Shown piece by piece: positions 49,571 to 58,300 of a stretch of 59,998 nt of DNA. Below the pieces are notes generated by a model. That model was not told the DNA's origin. It did no database searches and saw only the letters and a program-made list of their open reading frames with translations. Made by a program: the position numbers and the translations under genes. The DNA is from Planctomycetota bacterium (GTDB lineage: Bacteria; Planctomycetota; UBA8742; SKZP01): the NCBI GenBank assembly GCA_050249295.1, contig JBFWQT010000002.1, forward strand, positions 1 to 59,998, written 5' to 3'. Position 1 is the stretch's first letter. Each line of letters opens with the position of its first letter.

Positions 49571-52500
49571 ATGACCCGCTCGCGCACTGCCCGGCTGATT
49601 GTCCTCGGTTGCCTGCTCTCGACGTTGGTTGCAGCCGCCGCGCCGCTGACCGCGCAGGATCCCGCGCCCGCCGTCGCGGTTCCGGCCGTCGCATGGCCGG
49701 CCGATCAGACGACGGCGATTGTCGGCGAGTCGCGCGTGCTGGCGCTGCAACTCGCGCAGCCGGCCGCGGCCGACGCGATGATCAACGTGGCAATCGAGCC
49801 GGCCGACGCGCTGACAGTGCTCAGCCCGATGCAGGTGTTGAAAGGCTCGAGCATCGCCTGGCTGCGCATCCGTCCAATGCGCGCCGGCGACGTGACGCTC
49901 ACCGCCGGCGACGGGGCGGTCTGCACGCTGCACGTGTCGCCGGCCGAGGTGTCGCCGATGCATGCAACGGTAGAGTTCCTGACGCCCGCGCCGCGCGCCG
50001 CGCTGTGGGGCTCGCCGGTCAGCGTGGGACTACGCGTGACTGGCGGCGTACCCGTCGGCGCGACGCTGCACCTTGGCGACCTGGAACTGCCGACCGGCAA
50101 GGTGAACTTCGTGCGCCGCGGCATTCACCACGAGGTGTGCATCGAACTGGACTGCACGACGCTGCCGGACGGCGGCGCCGACCTGAGCGCGACTGTGCAA
50201 CTCGCCAACGGCGGGACGGCGACGACCGAGCCGGTGCCGGTGCGCATCGTGCATCCGGCCGAGGGCACGGCGCAGTTCCACGAGGCCGAGGCGCTGAGCA
50301 AACTGCCGCTGCCGGAGAAGTGGCGCTACAAGGCGCAGGGCGGCAACGGGCGCGACAACGCAGCCAGCGGCAAGGTTTTTGTCGCGCACAACGGCGGCGG
50401 CACGGCCAGTCGCGTGCCGGTGGAGCGCGACACCGACACGTGGTGGCAGGTGATCGTGCGCGCCCGCGGCAACTACGTCGGCGGTGCGCTCCCGTCGGTG
50501 GGCGTGTACCTCGACGACGAGCGCGACAAGCTGCTCGGCGAGACGCAGCTGGTCACCGATGGCTGGCACCGGCTGGTGATCGCGTCGCCGGTGCGCGTGC
50601 CGGCCGGCGAGCACTGGCTGGGCGTGCGCTTCACCAATGATCGCTACGTGGCGAAGTTGCTGGACCGCAACCTGCACGTGGACAGTGTGGAAGTCCTGCC
50701 GCTGGCCGACGCGGACATGAGCGACGTCGTGCCGTCGCCAGACGGCGTGTACATCGTGCCGAAGCAGACGCTGGACGGAATGACAATCAGCGGGCCGTTC
50801 GACTGGGGTGCGACGGTCGTGCGCCAGGACTACGACAAGACACCGCCGTCTCCCGTGATGCTGGAACTCAACGGCGAGGAAATCGGCCGGCAGTACAGCG
50901 ACAACCCGCGCTTCCGCGTCGGCGCGCAACGCCTGCGCAACGGCGAGAACACGATCCGGGCTGTGGTGGAGACGGCCGATGGGGCACGCACTGCGACGCA
51001 CCGCTCGACGTTTACGTGGCACGGCCGCACCGGCGAGGCGGCGCGTGTGGACGACCTGCTGCGCATCACGGTGAGCGAGCCCGGGTGGACCGGCGACGGT
51101 GCCGACACGCTGTCGCGGATGAACGGCGCGCCGGATACGTGGCGCTTCGGCATGAGCCGCAACTCCACGGTCGCGCACGCCCTGCCGGCCGGCCTGCAGG
51201 GCCGCTACCAGCTGTTCGTGTTCGCGCACAGCGACGAGTTCGAAGGTTTTGCGAAGTGCCAGGTGAAGCTGGACGACAAGGAACTGAAGACGATCGACGT
51301 GCGGCCCGGCTGGCGCGCGAACCTGGTGGACACGATCGACCTGGACACGAGTGCCGCCGACACGCCGCCGCCGGTCATCTCGGCCGCGTTCATCAACGAC
51401 CACTACGAGAAGGACAAGGGCGACCGCAACCTGCACATCTCGGCGATCGAGCTGCGCCGGATCGACCCGCGCAAGGACAACGACGACGTGGCGCTGACGT
51501 GGCACTACCCGGCGGCGGGCGCGACGATTGCGCGCACCGATGCTGTGGTGGTGGATGCGAGCGGCGACGGCGACATCGCGTGGATCGCGCTGGACGTGGA
51601 CGGCAAGGAGTGGCCCGGCGCGGTGTACACGCCGCGCAGCGCCGACTCGCGCGTCGCGCTGCCGTTCGTGCTGCGCGGCGTCGAGCCGGGCGAACATGCA
51701 TTGCGCGTGCGTGTCGGCGAGCGCAGCGGGCGCGTGACGACGAGCCAACCGGTGACGGTGTTGCTCGCCGACGACGCGGCCGGGCCGGGCGTATCGCCGT
51801 ACGCGGCGGCCGTGCACTTCCTCAACCGCTTTGCGCACGGCCCCGAGAGCCGGCTGCTGGCCGACGTGCTGATCGACGGCATCGAGCCGTGCCTGCGTCG
51901 CTGGCTGGCGGCCGGGCCGGACGAGGAGGCGCTGGCGATCGCGAAGGCGCGCTACTGGCGCGATGACAACAACACCCACATCTCGTACCGCCCGCTCGAC
52001 ATCGCGATGTGGACGCAGAACCCGGTGCGCCACCGGCTCGTGATGTTCCACGAGAATCACTTCAGCACCTTCATCGAGAAGGCCAATGCGTTCCGCGAGT
52101 GGGCCGAGTACATGCGCTTCGAGCGGCTTGCGGCCGGGCACTTCGGCGACCTGTTGCGCGCGTCGGCGACCAGCCCGTGCATGCTGTTCTACCTGGACCA
52201 GACCGACAGCTTCGCCAATCGCATCAACGAGAACTACGCGCGGGAGATCATGGAGCTGCACACGCTGGGCGTGGATGGCGGCTACACGCAGGCCGACGTC
52301 GAGGCGCTCACGCGGGTGCTTACCGGCTGGTCGTCCACGCGTGATGGCGGCCGTGAGCAGTTCGCGTTCTGCCCCGAGCTGCACGACATGGATGCGCGCA
52401 CCGTGGTTGGCATGCACTTCGACGCGATTGATCCGAAGGCGGCCGACGCGGCGGCACAGGCGCTGGACCGCGGACAGCAGGCGATCGAGATGCTGCTGGC

Positions 52501-53116
52501 GCACCCGGGCACGGCCCGGTTCATCGCGCGCAAGATGGTTGCGCACTGGGTACAGTGGCCCGCGCCGCAGCCGATGGTCGATGTGATCGCGACGCGATTC
52601 ATGGAGACCGACGGTGACATGGTCGAGCTGATGGTCGCGCTTGCGAAGTTGCTGCCTCAGTCGCCGACGACGCAGGGCACCGACCCGCTGGAGTTCGGCC
52701 TGCGCATCTGCCGTACCGCCGATCATCGTCCGACGTACCTGCTGGCCAACCTGCTGCAGGCCACCGAGCGCCTGCCGATGCGGCGCGTCACGCCTGACGG
52801 CTACCCCGAAGCCGATCCGGCGTGGTTCGACTCGGCGGCCATGCTCAATCGCTGGCGCTTCGCCGAAGACTGCGCGAACGCGATCCGCTATCGCTGGTTC
52901 CACGGCTCGGCCCGCCGCAACCAGCGCGAGTACACCGACGAGTACAACCAGTCGATGCTCGACACGTACGCGGTCCACCTCACCGGCGGACCGCTCGGCG
53001 AGGAGAGCAATCGCGTGGCGCTGGAGATCATGCGCGCGGCAAGCGGCGACGTGAACCAGCGCACCGGCCTGGCGGCCAGCATTGTGGGGCAGATGCCGGA
53101 AGCCAACGAGCACTGA
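49571..53116 (+). CDS. Secreted DUF1800-family protein with N-terminal Ig-like region and two carbohydrate-binding-module-like repeats
   Basis: Real start is ATG 49571 (GGAG 49558-49561; signal peptide MTRSRTARLIVLGCLLSTLVAAAAPLTAQ), inside the 2713-aa track ORF. CBM-like: FHEAEAL..WWQVIVRARGNY..GEHWLGVRFTNDRYVAKLLDRNLHVDSVEVL, with a second copy ending AFINDHYEKDKGDRNLHISAIELR. DUF1800: MFHENHFST..LFYLDQ..NENYAREIMELHTLGVDGGYTQADVEALTRVLTGWS. Confidence 0.85.
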   Translation: MTRSRTARLIVLGCLLSTLVAAAAPLTAQDPAPAVAVPAVAWPADQTTAIVGESRVLALQLAQPAAADAMINVAIEPADALTVLSPMQVLKGSSIAWLRIRPMRAGDVTLTAGDGAVCTLHVSPAEVSPMHATVEFLTPAPRAALWGSPVSVGLRVTGGVPVGATLHLGDLELPTGKVNFVRRGIHHEVCIELDCTTLPDGGADLSATVQLANGGTATTEPVPVRIVHPAEGTAQFHEAEALSKLPLPEKWRYKAQGGNGRDNAASGKVFVAHNGGGTASRVPVERDTDTWWQVIVRARGNYVGGALPSVGVYLDDERDKLLGETQLVTDGWHRLVIASPVRVPAGEHWLGVRFTNDRYVAKLLDRNLHVDSVEVLPLADADMSDVVPSPDGVYIVPKQTLDGMTISGPFDWGATVVRQDYDKTPPSPVMLELNGEEIGRQYSDNPRFRVGAQRLRNGENTIRAVVETADGARTATHRSTFTWHGRTGEAARVDDLLRITVSEPGWTGDGADTLSRMNGAPDTWRFGMSRNSTVAHALPAGLQGRYQLFVFAHSDEFEGFAKCQVKLDDKELKTIDVRPGWRANLVDTIDLDTSAADTPPPVISAAFINDHYEKDKGDRNLHISAIELRRIDPRKDNDDVALTWHYPAAGATIARTDAVVVDASGDGDIAWIALDVDGKEWPGAVYTPRSADSRVALPFVLRGVEPGEHALRVRVGERSGRVTTSQPVTVLLADDAAGPGVSPYAAAVHFLNRFAHGPESRLLADVLIDGIEPCLRRWLAAGPDEEALAIAKARYWRDDNNTHISYRPLDIAMWTQNPVRHRLVMFHENHFSTFIEKANAFREWAEYMRFERLAAGHFGDLLRASATSPCMLFYLDQTDSFANRINENYAREIMELHTLGVDGGYTQADVEALTRVLTGWSSTRDGGREQFAFCPELHDMDARTVVGMHFDAIDPKAADAAAQALDRGQQAIEMLLAHPGTARFIARKMVAHWVQWPAPQPMVDVIATRFMETDGDMVELMVALAKLLPQSPTTQGTDPLEFGLRICRTADHRPTYLLANLLQATERLPMRRVTPDGYPEADPAWFDSAAMLNRWRFAEDCANAIRYRWFHGSARRNQREYTDEYNQSMLDTYAVHLTGGPLGEESNRVALEIMRAASGDVNQRTGLAASIVGQMPEANEH

Positions 53117-53160
53117 GGCACGGGGCAGTCCGGAGCGGTCGGACGCGACGCTGGCGGTTA

Positions 53161-54477
53161 TCAGTTGGCGTGCCGGGCGTTGTCAACGCTGGCCGGTCCC
53201 GGGCCCTGGCGGTCGCGGCCCGGACCAGCGCCGCGCAGCGATTCGAGCACGTCGCACATCTGCCGGCAGCCGGCGGCGCGCGAGTAGCGCGAGTGCAGCA
53301 GATCCTGCGCACGACGACCCATTGCGGTCCGCTCCCGCTCCGTGCTGGCCAGCATCTCGCGCAGTGCTCGCCCGGCGGCATCGACATCACCGTGGCGCAC
53401 CTGCCAGCCGAGCGACTGCCCGCCGACCAGGTCGCCGATGTGGCTCTCGACCGGACCGACGAACAGCATCGGCCGGCCGACCGACATCGCGCCGTAGACC
53501 TTGCACGGATGCACGACGCCAACCATGCGGTCACCCATCGCCACCAGATGCACATCGGCCGCGCTCAGCGAGTAGCGCAGTTGCTCGATCGGCTGGTACG
53601 GCATCACGCGGATGTCCACGCCGAGCGCCACGGCCTGGTCGCGCAATCGATCCACCGTCGGCCCGCTGCTGATCACCACGAACAGCAGTCGCGGCTCGTC
53701 GCGTTGCACCCGCGAGAGCGCATGCAGCACGGTGTCGAGCGGGTGCGACGGGCTGACGTTGCCGGAGTACATGAGCACGAAGCGATCGGAGAATCCGTGC
53801 TGCTCGCGGAACGGATTGTCCGCATGTGGCAGCGGCTCGCGCAGGTCGTCCACGTGCGACCACGGCGGAAACACACACATGCGCGACGCCAGGGTGGCCG
53901 GCGTGTCGAGCTTCGCGTCCAGTCGCGCCGCCATGAAACGATCGAGCGCGACCACCGCCCCGGCATTGCGTAACACGGCCGAGTTGAGCAGGTCGAACAC
54001 GCGCACCGGGATCGACCCCGGCGTGGCATGGCCGAGCGCGACGTACTGGTCGGGGTTGAGATCCATCGCCCAGAAGCAGAACGGCGCGCGCCGCAGGATT
54101 CGCAGCATCACGCCGGCCGCGCCACCCATCGGCGGCGACGTGGTGACCAGCACCACATCGAGGCGCGGCATGAATGCGGCGCGCAACACCGCCTGCAGCA
54201 TGAACAGCGCGCCGGCGACGAGCCGCACGAGCAGCGACGACTTGCCGAACGACGACCACGGCAGCCGGCGGATGTTCACGCCGTCGCGCTGTTCGCGCGC
54301 GGGGTAGCGCACACCGGGGTCGGCGTAGCCGTGCGCCGCGGTGAGCACATCCACGTGCCAGCCGCGTTCGACCATTGCCACGGCGACATCATGCAGGTGC
54401 TGGCCGACGCTCGCGGCATCGGGCACGTAGACCTGCGACATGATCAACAAGCGGGGATGGTCGGGTGGGCCGGGCAC
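53161..54477 (-). CDS. GT-B fold glycosyltransferase (GT4-like, WcaI/WbuB type)
   Basis: ORF 53161..54477(-), GTG start. RLLIMSQVYVPDAASVGQHLHDVAVAMVERGWHVDVLT aligns with the N-terminal strand-loop-helix of GT4 enzymes, so the start must lie upstream of ATG 54441. C-terminal half: LLFVVISSGP..VHLVAMGDRMVGVVHPCKVYGAMSVGRPMLFVG. Confidence 0.85.
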   Translation of the reverse strand: MPGPPDHPRLLIMSQVYVPDAASVGQHLHDVAVAMVERGWHVDVLTAAHGYADPGVRYPAREQRDGVNIRRLPWSSFGKSSLLVRLVAGALFMLQAVLRAAFMPRLDVVLVTTSPPMGGAAGVMLRILRRAPFCFWAMDLNPDQYVALGHATPGSIPVRVFDLLNSAVLRNAGAVVALDRFMAARLDAKLDTPATLASRMCVFPPWSHVDDLREPLPHADNPFREQHGFSDRFVLMYSGNVSPSHPLDTVLHALSRVQRDEPRLLFVVISSGPTVDRLRDQAVALGVDIRVMPYQPIEQLRYSLSAADVHLVAMGDRMVGVVHPCKVYGAMSVGRPMLFVGPVESHIGDLVGGQSLGWQVRHGDVDAAGRALREMLASTERERTAMGRRAQDLLHSRYSRAAGCRQMCDVLESLRGAGPGRDRQGPGPASVDNARHAN

Positions 54478-54520
54478 GCGGTGTGTCGCTCAGGTCGCTC
54501 AGTGTGGCTCATGGCACTCC

Positions 54521-54749
54521 GTGCAGGCTGGAAGCCTGCACCACATGCGGAGTGGCAGTGTGGTGCAGGTTTCCAGCCTGCGCAGTGGCAGTGTGGTGGA
54601 GGCTTCCAGCCTGCACAGTGGCATTGTGGTGGAGGCTTCCAGCCTGCACAGTGGCAGTTGTGGTGCAGGCTTCCAGCCTGCGCAGTGGCAGTGTGGTGCA
54701 GGCTTCCAGCCTGCGCAGTGGCAGTGTGGTGCAGGCTTCCAGCCTGCAC
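54521..54749. repeat. Intergenic array: one inverted 21-nt perfect hairpin plus six tandem 33/34-nt hairpin-containing direct repeats
   Basis: Units at 54551-54583, 54584-54616, 54617-54649, 54650-54683 (34 nt), 54684-54716 and 54717-54749. Consensus: AGTGGCAGTGTGGTGCAGGCTTCCAGCCTGC(G/A)C, each with stem GCAGGCT/AGCCTGC. The inverted copy GTGCAGGCTGGAAGCCTGCAC is at 54521-54541. There are no spacers. Confidence 0.9.
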
Positions 54750-54766
54750 AGGTCCCGACGTGTTGC

Positions 54767-55321
54767 TCAGCTGCCGAGCAGGCTCGCGAGTTCAAGACGC
54801 TCGGAGCCGAGGTCCCACGGGAGCAGACGGTCGAGGCCGGGCTCGTCGTCGATGATCTGCTGGCCGCGGATGCTCAGCGCGAGGGCCATCAGGCGGCGCG
54901 AACCGGGGTCGGCCGGGGTGTCGGCGTAGGTGCGACGACACAGCCAGAGCGGCTTGCCCGACTCGCTGATGGTGCCGACGCGGACGCGAATCAGGTCGCA
55001 GCGGTGGAAGCGATCGACATCGATGATCGCCGCGTCGTCGGGCAACAGCGCGAGGTGCGCGGTGCCGGTCGCAATCTGCTCGAGCGCCATCGCCTCATCC
55101 TTGACCGGCACGATCGTGATGTCGCCGGCCGCCATCGCCTCGCCGACCTGGATGCGGACCATGTCTTCCCACGCCGCCGGCACGGCGAAGCGCAGGCGGC
55201 CGGACGTGTCGGGAGCGGCGGCCGGCGTGTGGTCGCAGCCCGTCATCGTCATTGTCATCGTCGTCGGCACCAGCCACAAGGCCACGGCAGCGACGACCAG
55301 CGACGGATTGTGGCGCATCAT
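54767..55321 (-). CDS. Hypothetical lipoprotein (184 aa)
   Basis: ATGATG start 13 nt after the upstream kinase stop. Signal peptide + lipobox-like: SLVVAAVALWLVPTTMTMTMTGC. I recognise no family. Confidence 0.6.
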   Translation of the reverse strand: MMRHNPSLVVAAVALWLVPTTMTMTMTGCDHTPAAAPDTSGRLRFAVPAAWEDMVRIQVGEAMAAGDITIVPVKDEAMALEQIATGTAHLALLPDDAAIIDVDRFHRCDLIRVRVGTISESGKPLWLCRRTYADTPADPGSRRLMALALSIRGQQIIDDEPGLDRLLPWDLGSERLELASLLGS

Positions 55322-55334
55322 CGGCCGGCCTGCG

Positions 55335-58300
55335 TCAGCGGATGGAGACCTGGATGTCGGGCGGATTCAGACCGGTGCCGCGGCGCATCGAGTCTTCGTT
55401 GGGCAACCGGAACCACACGCTCTGCGGATCGCTCTCGGCGTAGAGGCCGGAGCCGCGGGGCGCGCGGTTGTCGCTGAACACGCAGCCCTCGAAGGTGACG
55501 TGACCCTGGCTGACAATCACGCCGCCGCCAAGGCTGGTCGCCTCGTTGTTGGTGAAGCGCGTGCGCAACACCACGCTGCTGCCGGACGACGCGGCGAAGA
55601 GGCCGCCCGCCTGGTTGCTCGAACGGTTGCGTTCGAACGTGCAGTCCACCACAACGCACGGGCCGCTCGCTGTGAGCATGCCCGCGCCCACGGCACTCTC
55701 GTTGCCGGAGAGCGTGCAGTTCTCGAGGACGATCGAGTCGCCCGACGCGAGGTAGATGCCGCCACCGCGAACAGCCGCTTTGTTGTCGACCACGCGGGTC
55801 TTCGTCAGCACGGCCATGCCGTTGTTGGAGAGGGCGATTGCGCCGGACGAGCCGACGGCCTCGTTGGCGGAGAGTTCGCACTCGGACATGCGAACCACGG
55901 CGAAGCCTTCGGTGTACACGCCGCCGCCGTCACCCTCCGACTTGCAGCGGCGGATCACGGTGCTGCTCAACTCGGCGGCACAATCGATAGCGAGGATCGC
56001 GCCACCGACGCCGCCGGGCTGATTGCCGACCTGCGCGCCGGCGACGCTGCAGTCCTCGATCGTGCAGTGGTCGAGGATCGCCGGACCGCTGACGCTGGAG
56101 AGCAGCAGCGCGCCGCCGCAGCGCACGGTCGCGTTGCGGTCGAGCACGAGGCCGCCGTTGTCCACGCGGTAGCCGTAGCCGCCCGCGCCCTGGATGGTGA
56201 CGTAGCGCAGGATGCAGCGCGAGCCGGGATTGGCGATCGCGAGGTTCTCCCACGCGACATCGGCGGCTGCGCGCTTCAGGATGATCGGCTTCGCGGCCGT
56301 GCCCTCGGCCCACAGTTCGCCGTTGCAGGCGATGCCGGTGCCCGCCGCGAACTTCAGCGTCGTGCCGGGCTCGATCTGCAACACCGCGCCACCGCCGACC
56401 TCGATCAGCCGCGTGATGGTGTACTCACCGGCGACCAGCCGGCTGGACGTCGTGAGCGGTCCGCCGCTGAACCCGGCCGGAAGTGCGGCCACGCCGGTCG
56501 GCGCGCGAGGCGCGAGGTCCTCGGCCGCGAGCTTCATCCCGATGCCAACCGGTCGGCCGATCTCCTGCGGGTAGGCAAACAGCAGGTAGTCGCCGGGGAT
56601 CAGCGCCAGCAACTGGCGCGTCTGCGCCGCCGTGATGCCGCGACGGATCAGGTGCGTGTACCAGTCAGGCCCGCCAGTGGTGGTCGTGTTGACGCGCCAG
56701 GCGTCGAGCACCAGACCGGCCGCGGAGACGTTGTCGAGGCGCATGTCCACGCTGTACCACCCGCCGGTGGTGATGCGCGTGCGGGCGCAGAGCATCGCGC
56801 CGCTGGCCACGCCGACTTCCGGCCCGCCCGCCTTGATGTCCACCGCGTCGGCCGGGCCGAGGTGCGCGGACGCGGGCGCATCCTGCGTCATCTCGACGGT
56901 GCACTTGCCGGTGCCGGCCGCCGCCACAAGGAACAGCCGCATGTAGTGACGACCGGGGCCGACGTGGGCGTCCACCTGCAGGTAGCGGCTGGTCGGGTTG
57001 ACCGCGCTGACACTCGGCACGGGCGCCTGATCGGCATTGTGGAAGCTGGCGCGGCCCATGCGGCGAACTTCGGTCGTGCCATCGAAGGTTGCCGTGATGC
57101 GCACCATCCGCGCCTCGGTGACCTCGAATCCGAACCAGTACTCCTGCATCGGCTTGAAGCCGAAGGTGATCGCCTTGCCGACCTCGATGCGCACGGCGTC
57201 GGCGTGCGGACCCTTGAGCGCCGGATCGGGCGCGGGCAGCGCATCGCCGGACGGGCCGGGGCCCGGGCCCGGATCGGGCGGTGTCTCGGCGGTGGCGGCG
57301 AGTTCCTGGAGATGCTTGCGATCAGCGGTGAACATGTCGGCGAGGTCCGGCACGTCAGGGTTGGCCGCGAGGAAGTCGTCGAGCTGGCGCAGCACGTTGG
57401 AGGCCTTGCGCGGGTCGTCACCGACGATACCGATCGACGCGCGCAGGTCGTTCACGTCGGGCAGCAACTCCATCCGGCGCAGGTTCAGGCGCGTCGCGGC
57501 CAACTGCGTCTTCCAGGACGGGTTCTTCGCGATCGCGTCGTCGATATCGCGCAGCATCTCCTTGGCGGTGCGCGGATTGTTGACGCGGCTCGCGCGGTCA
57601 ATCAGCTTCTGCACGTCCGACACAGCGCTGTTGCCGTTCGAGGCATTGGAACTGTTGGTACCGTTCGACGCGTTGGAGGTCGTGTTGCCGGGCACGTTGC
57701 CGTTGGACGCGGTGGCGTTGGTGTTGCCCGGCGTCTGGTTGCCCGGCGTGTTCGTGCCGTCCGTGTTGGTGTTGGTGGAGGACTGCGGCGAGCCGCTGGC
57801 GCCCATCACCAGCGCGACGACGGCAATCAGGCCGACCACGATGATGCCGCCGATGATCAGCGGAACCTTGCTGGTGGCCTGCCCGCCAGCATCAGACGGG
57901 CGGCGTGCGGCGCGACTGCCACGTGCGGGGGCGGTGGCGCGGCGAGTGCCGGCACCGGCCATCGCGCCGCGGGTGGGTCGTTCGGTGCCGCGGTCGCGCG
58001 CGCCCGGCTTGGCGATCTCGCGCGTGCGCGCGGCACCGGCTCCCGGCACGCTCGCCGCGATTGCCGCCTGCTTCTGCTGCTCGAGCGTGTGGCGGTTCAT
58101 GCCGCCGGGCACGCTACCGCTGTCGTTCCAGTCGTCGGGTGCCTGCGACGAGGTGCCCACGGAGCGCGCCTGCGGCGAGCGGCGCTGGCCACCACTGTTT
58201 GCAGCGTTCGCGGCGTTGTTGCTGTCGTGCCAGTCGTCCGGCGACTGCGATGCCGTGCCGGCTGCGCGACGGGTGCGAGCCTGGCCGCCACCGCGGGCAT

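Noticed and set aside
54521-54749. CRISPR array, or a coding 11-residue repeat (QWQCGAGFQPA...)
   Set aside because: The repeats are contiguous with no spacers, and no cas genes are nearby. One unit is 34 nt, so every reading frame shifts mid-array. The array sits exactly between the stop and start of the flanking minus-strand genes.
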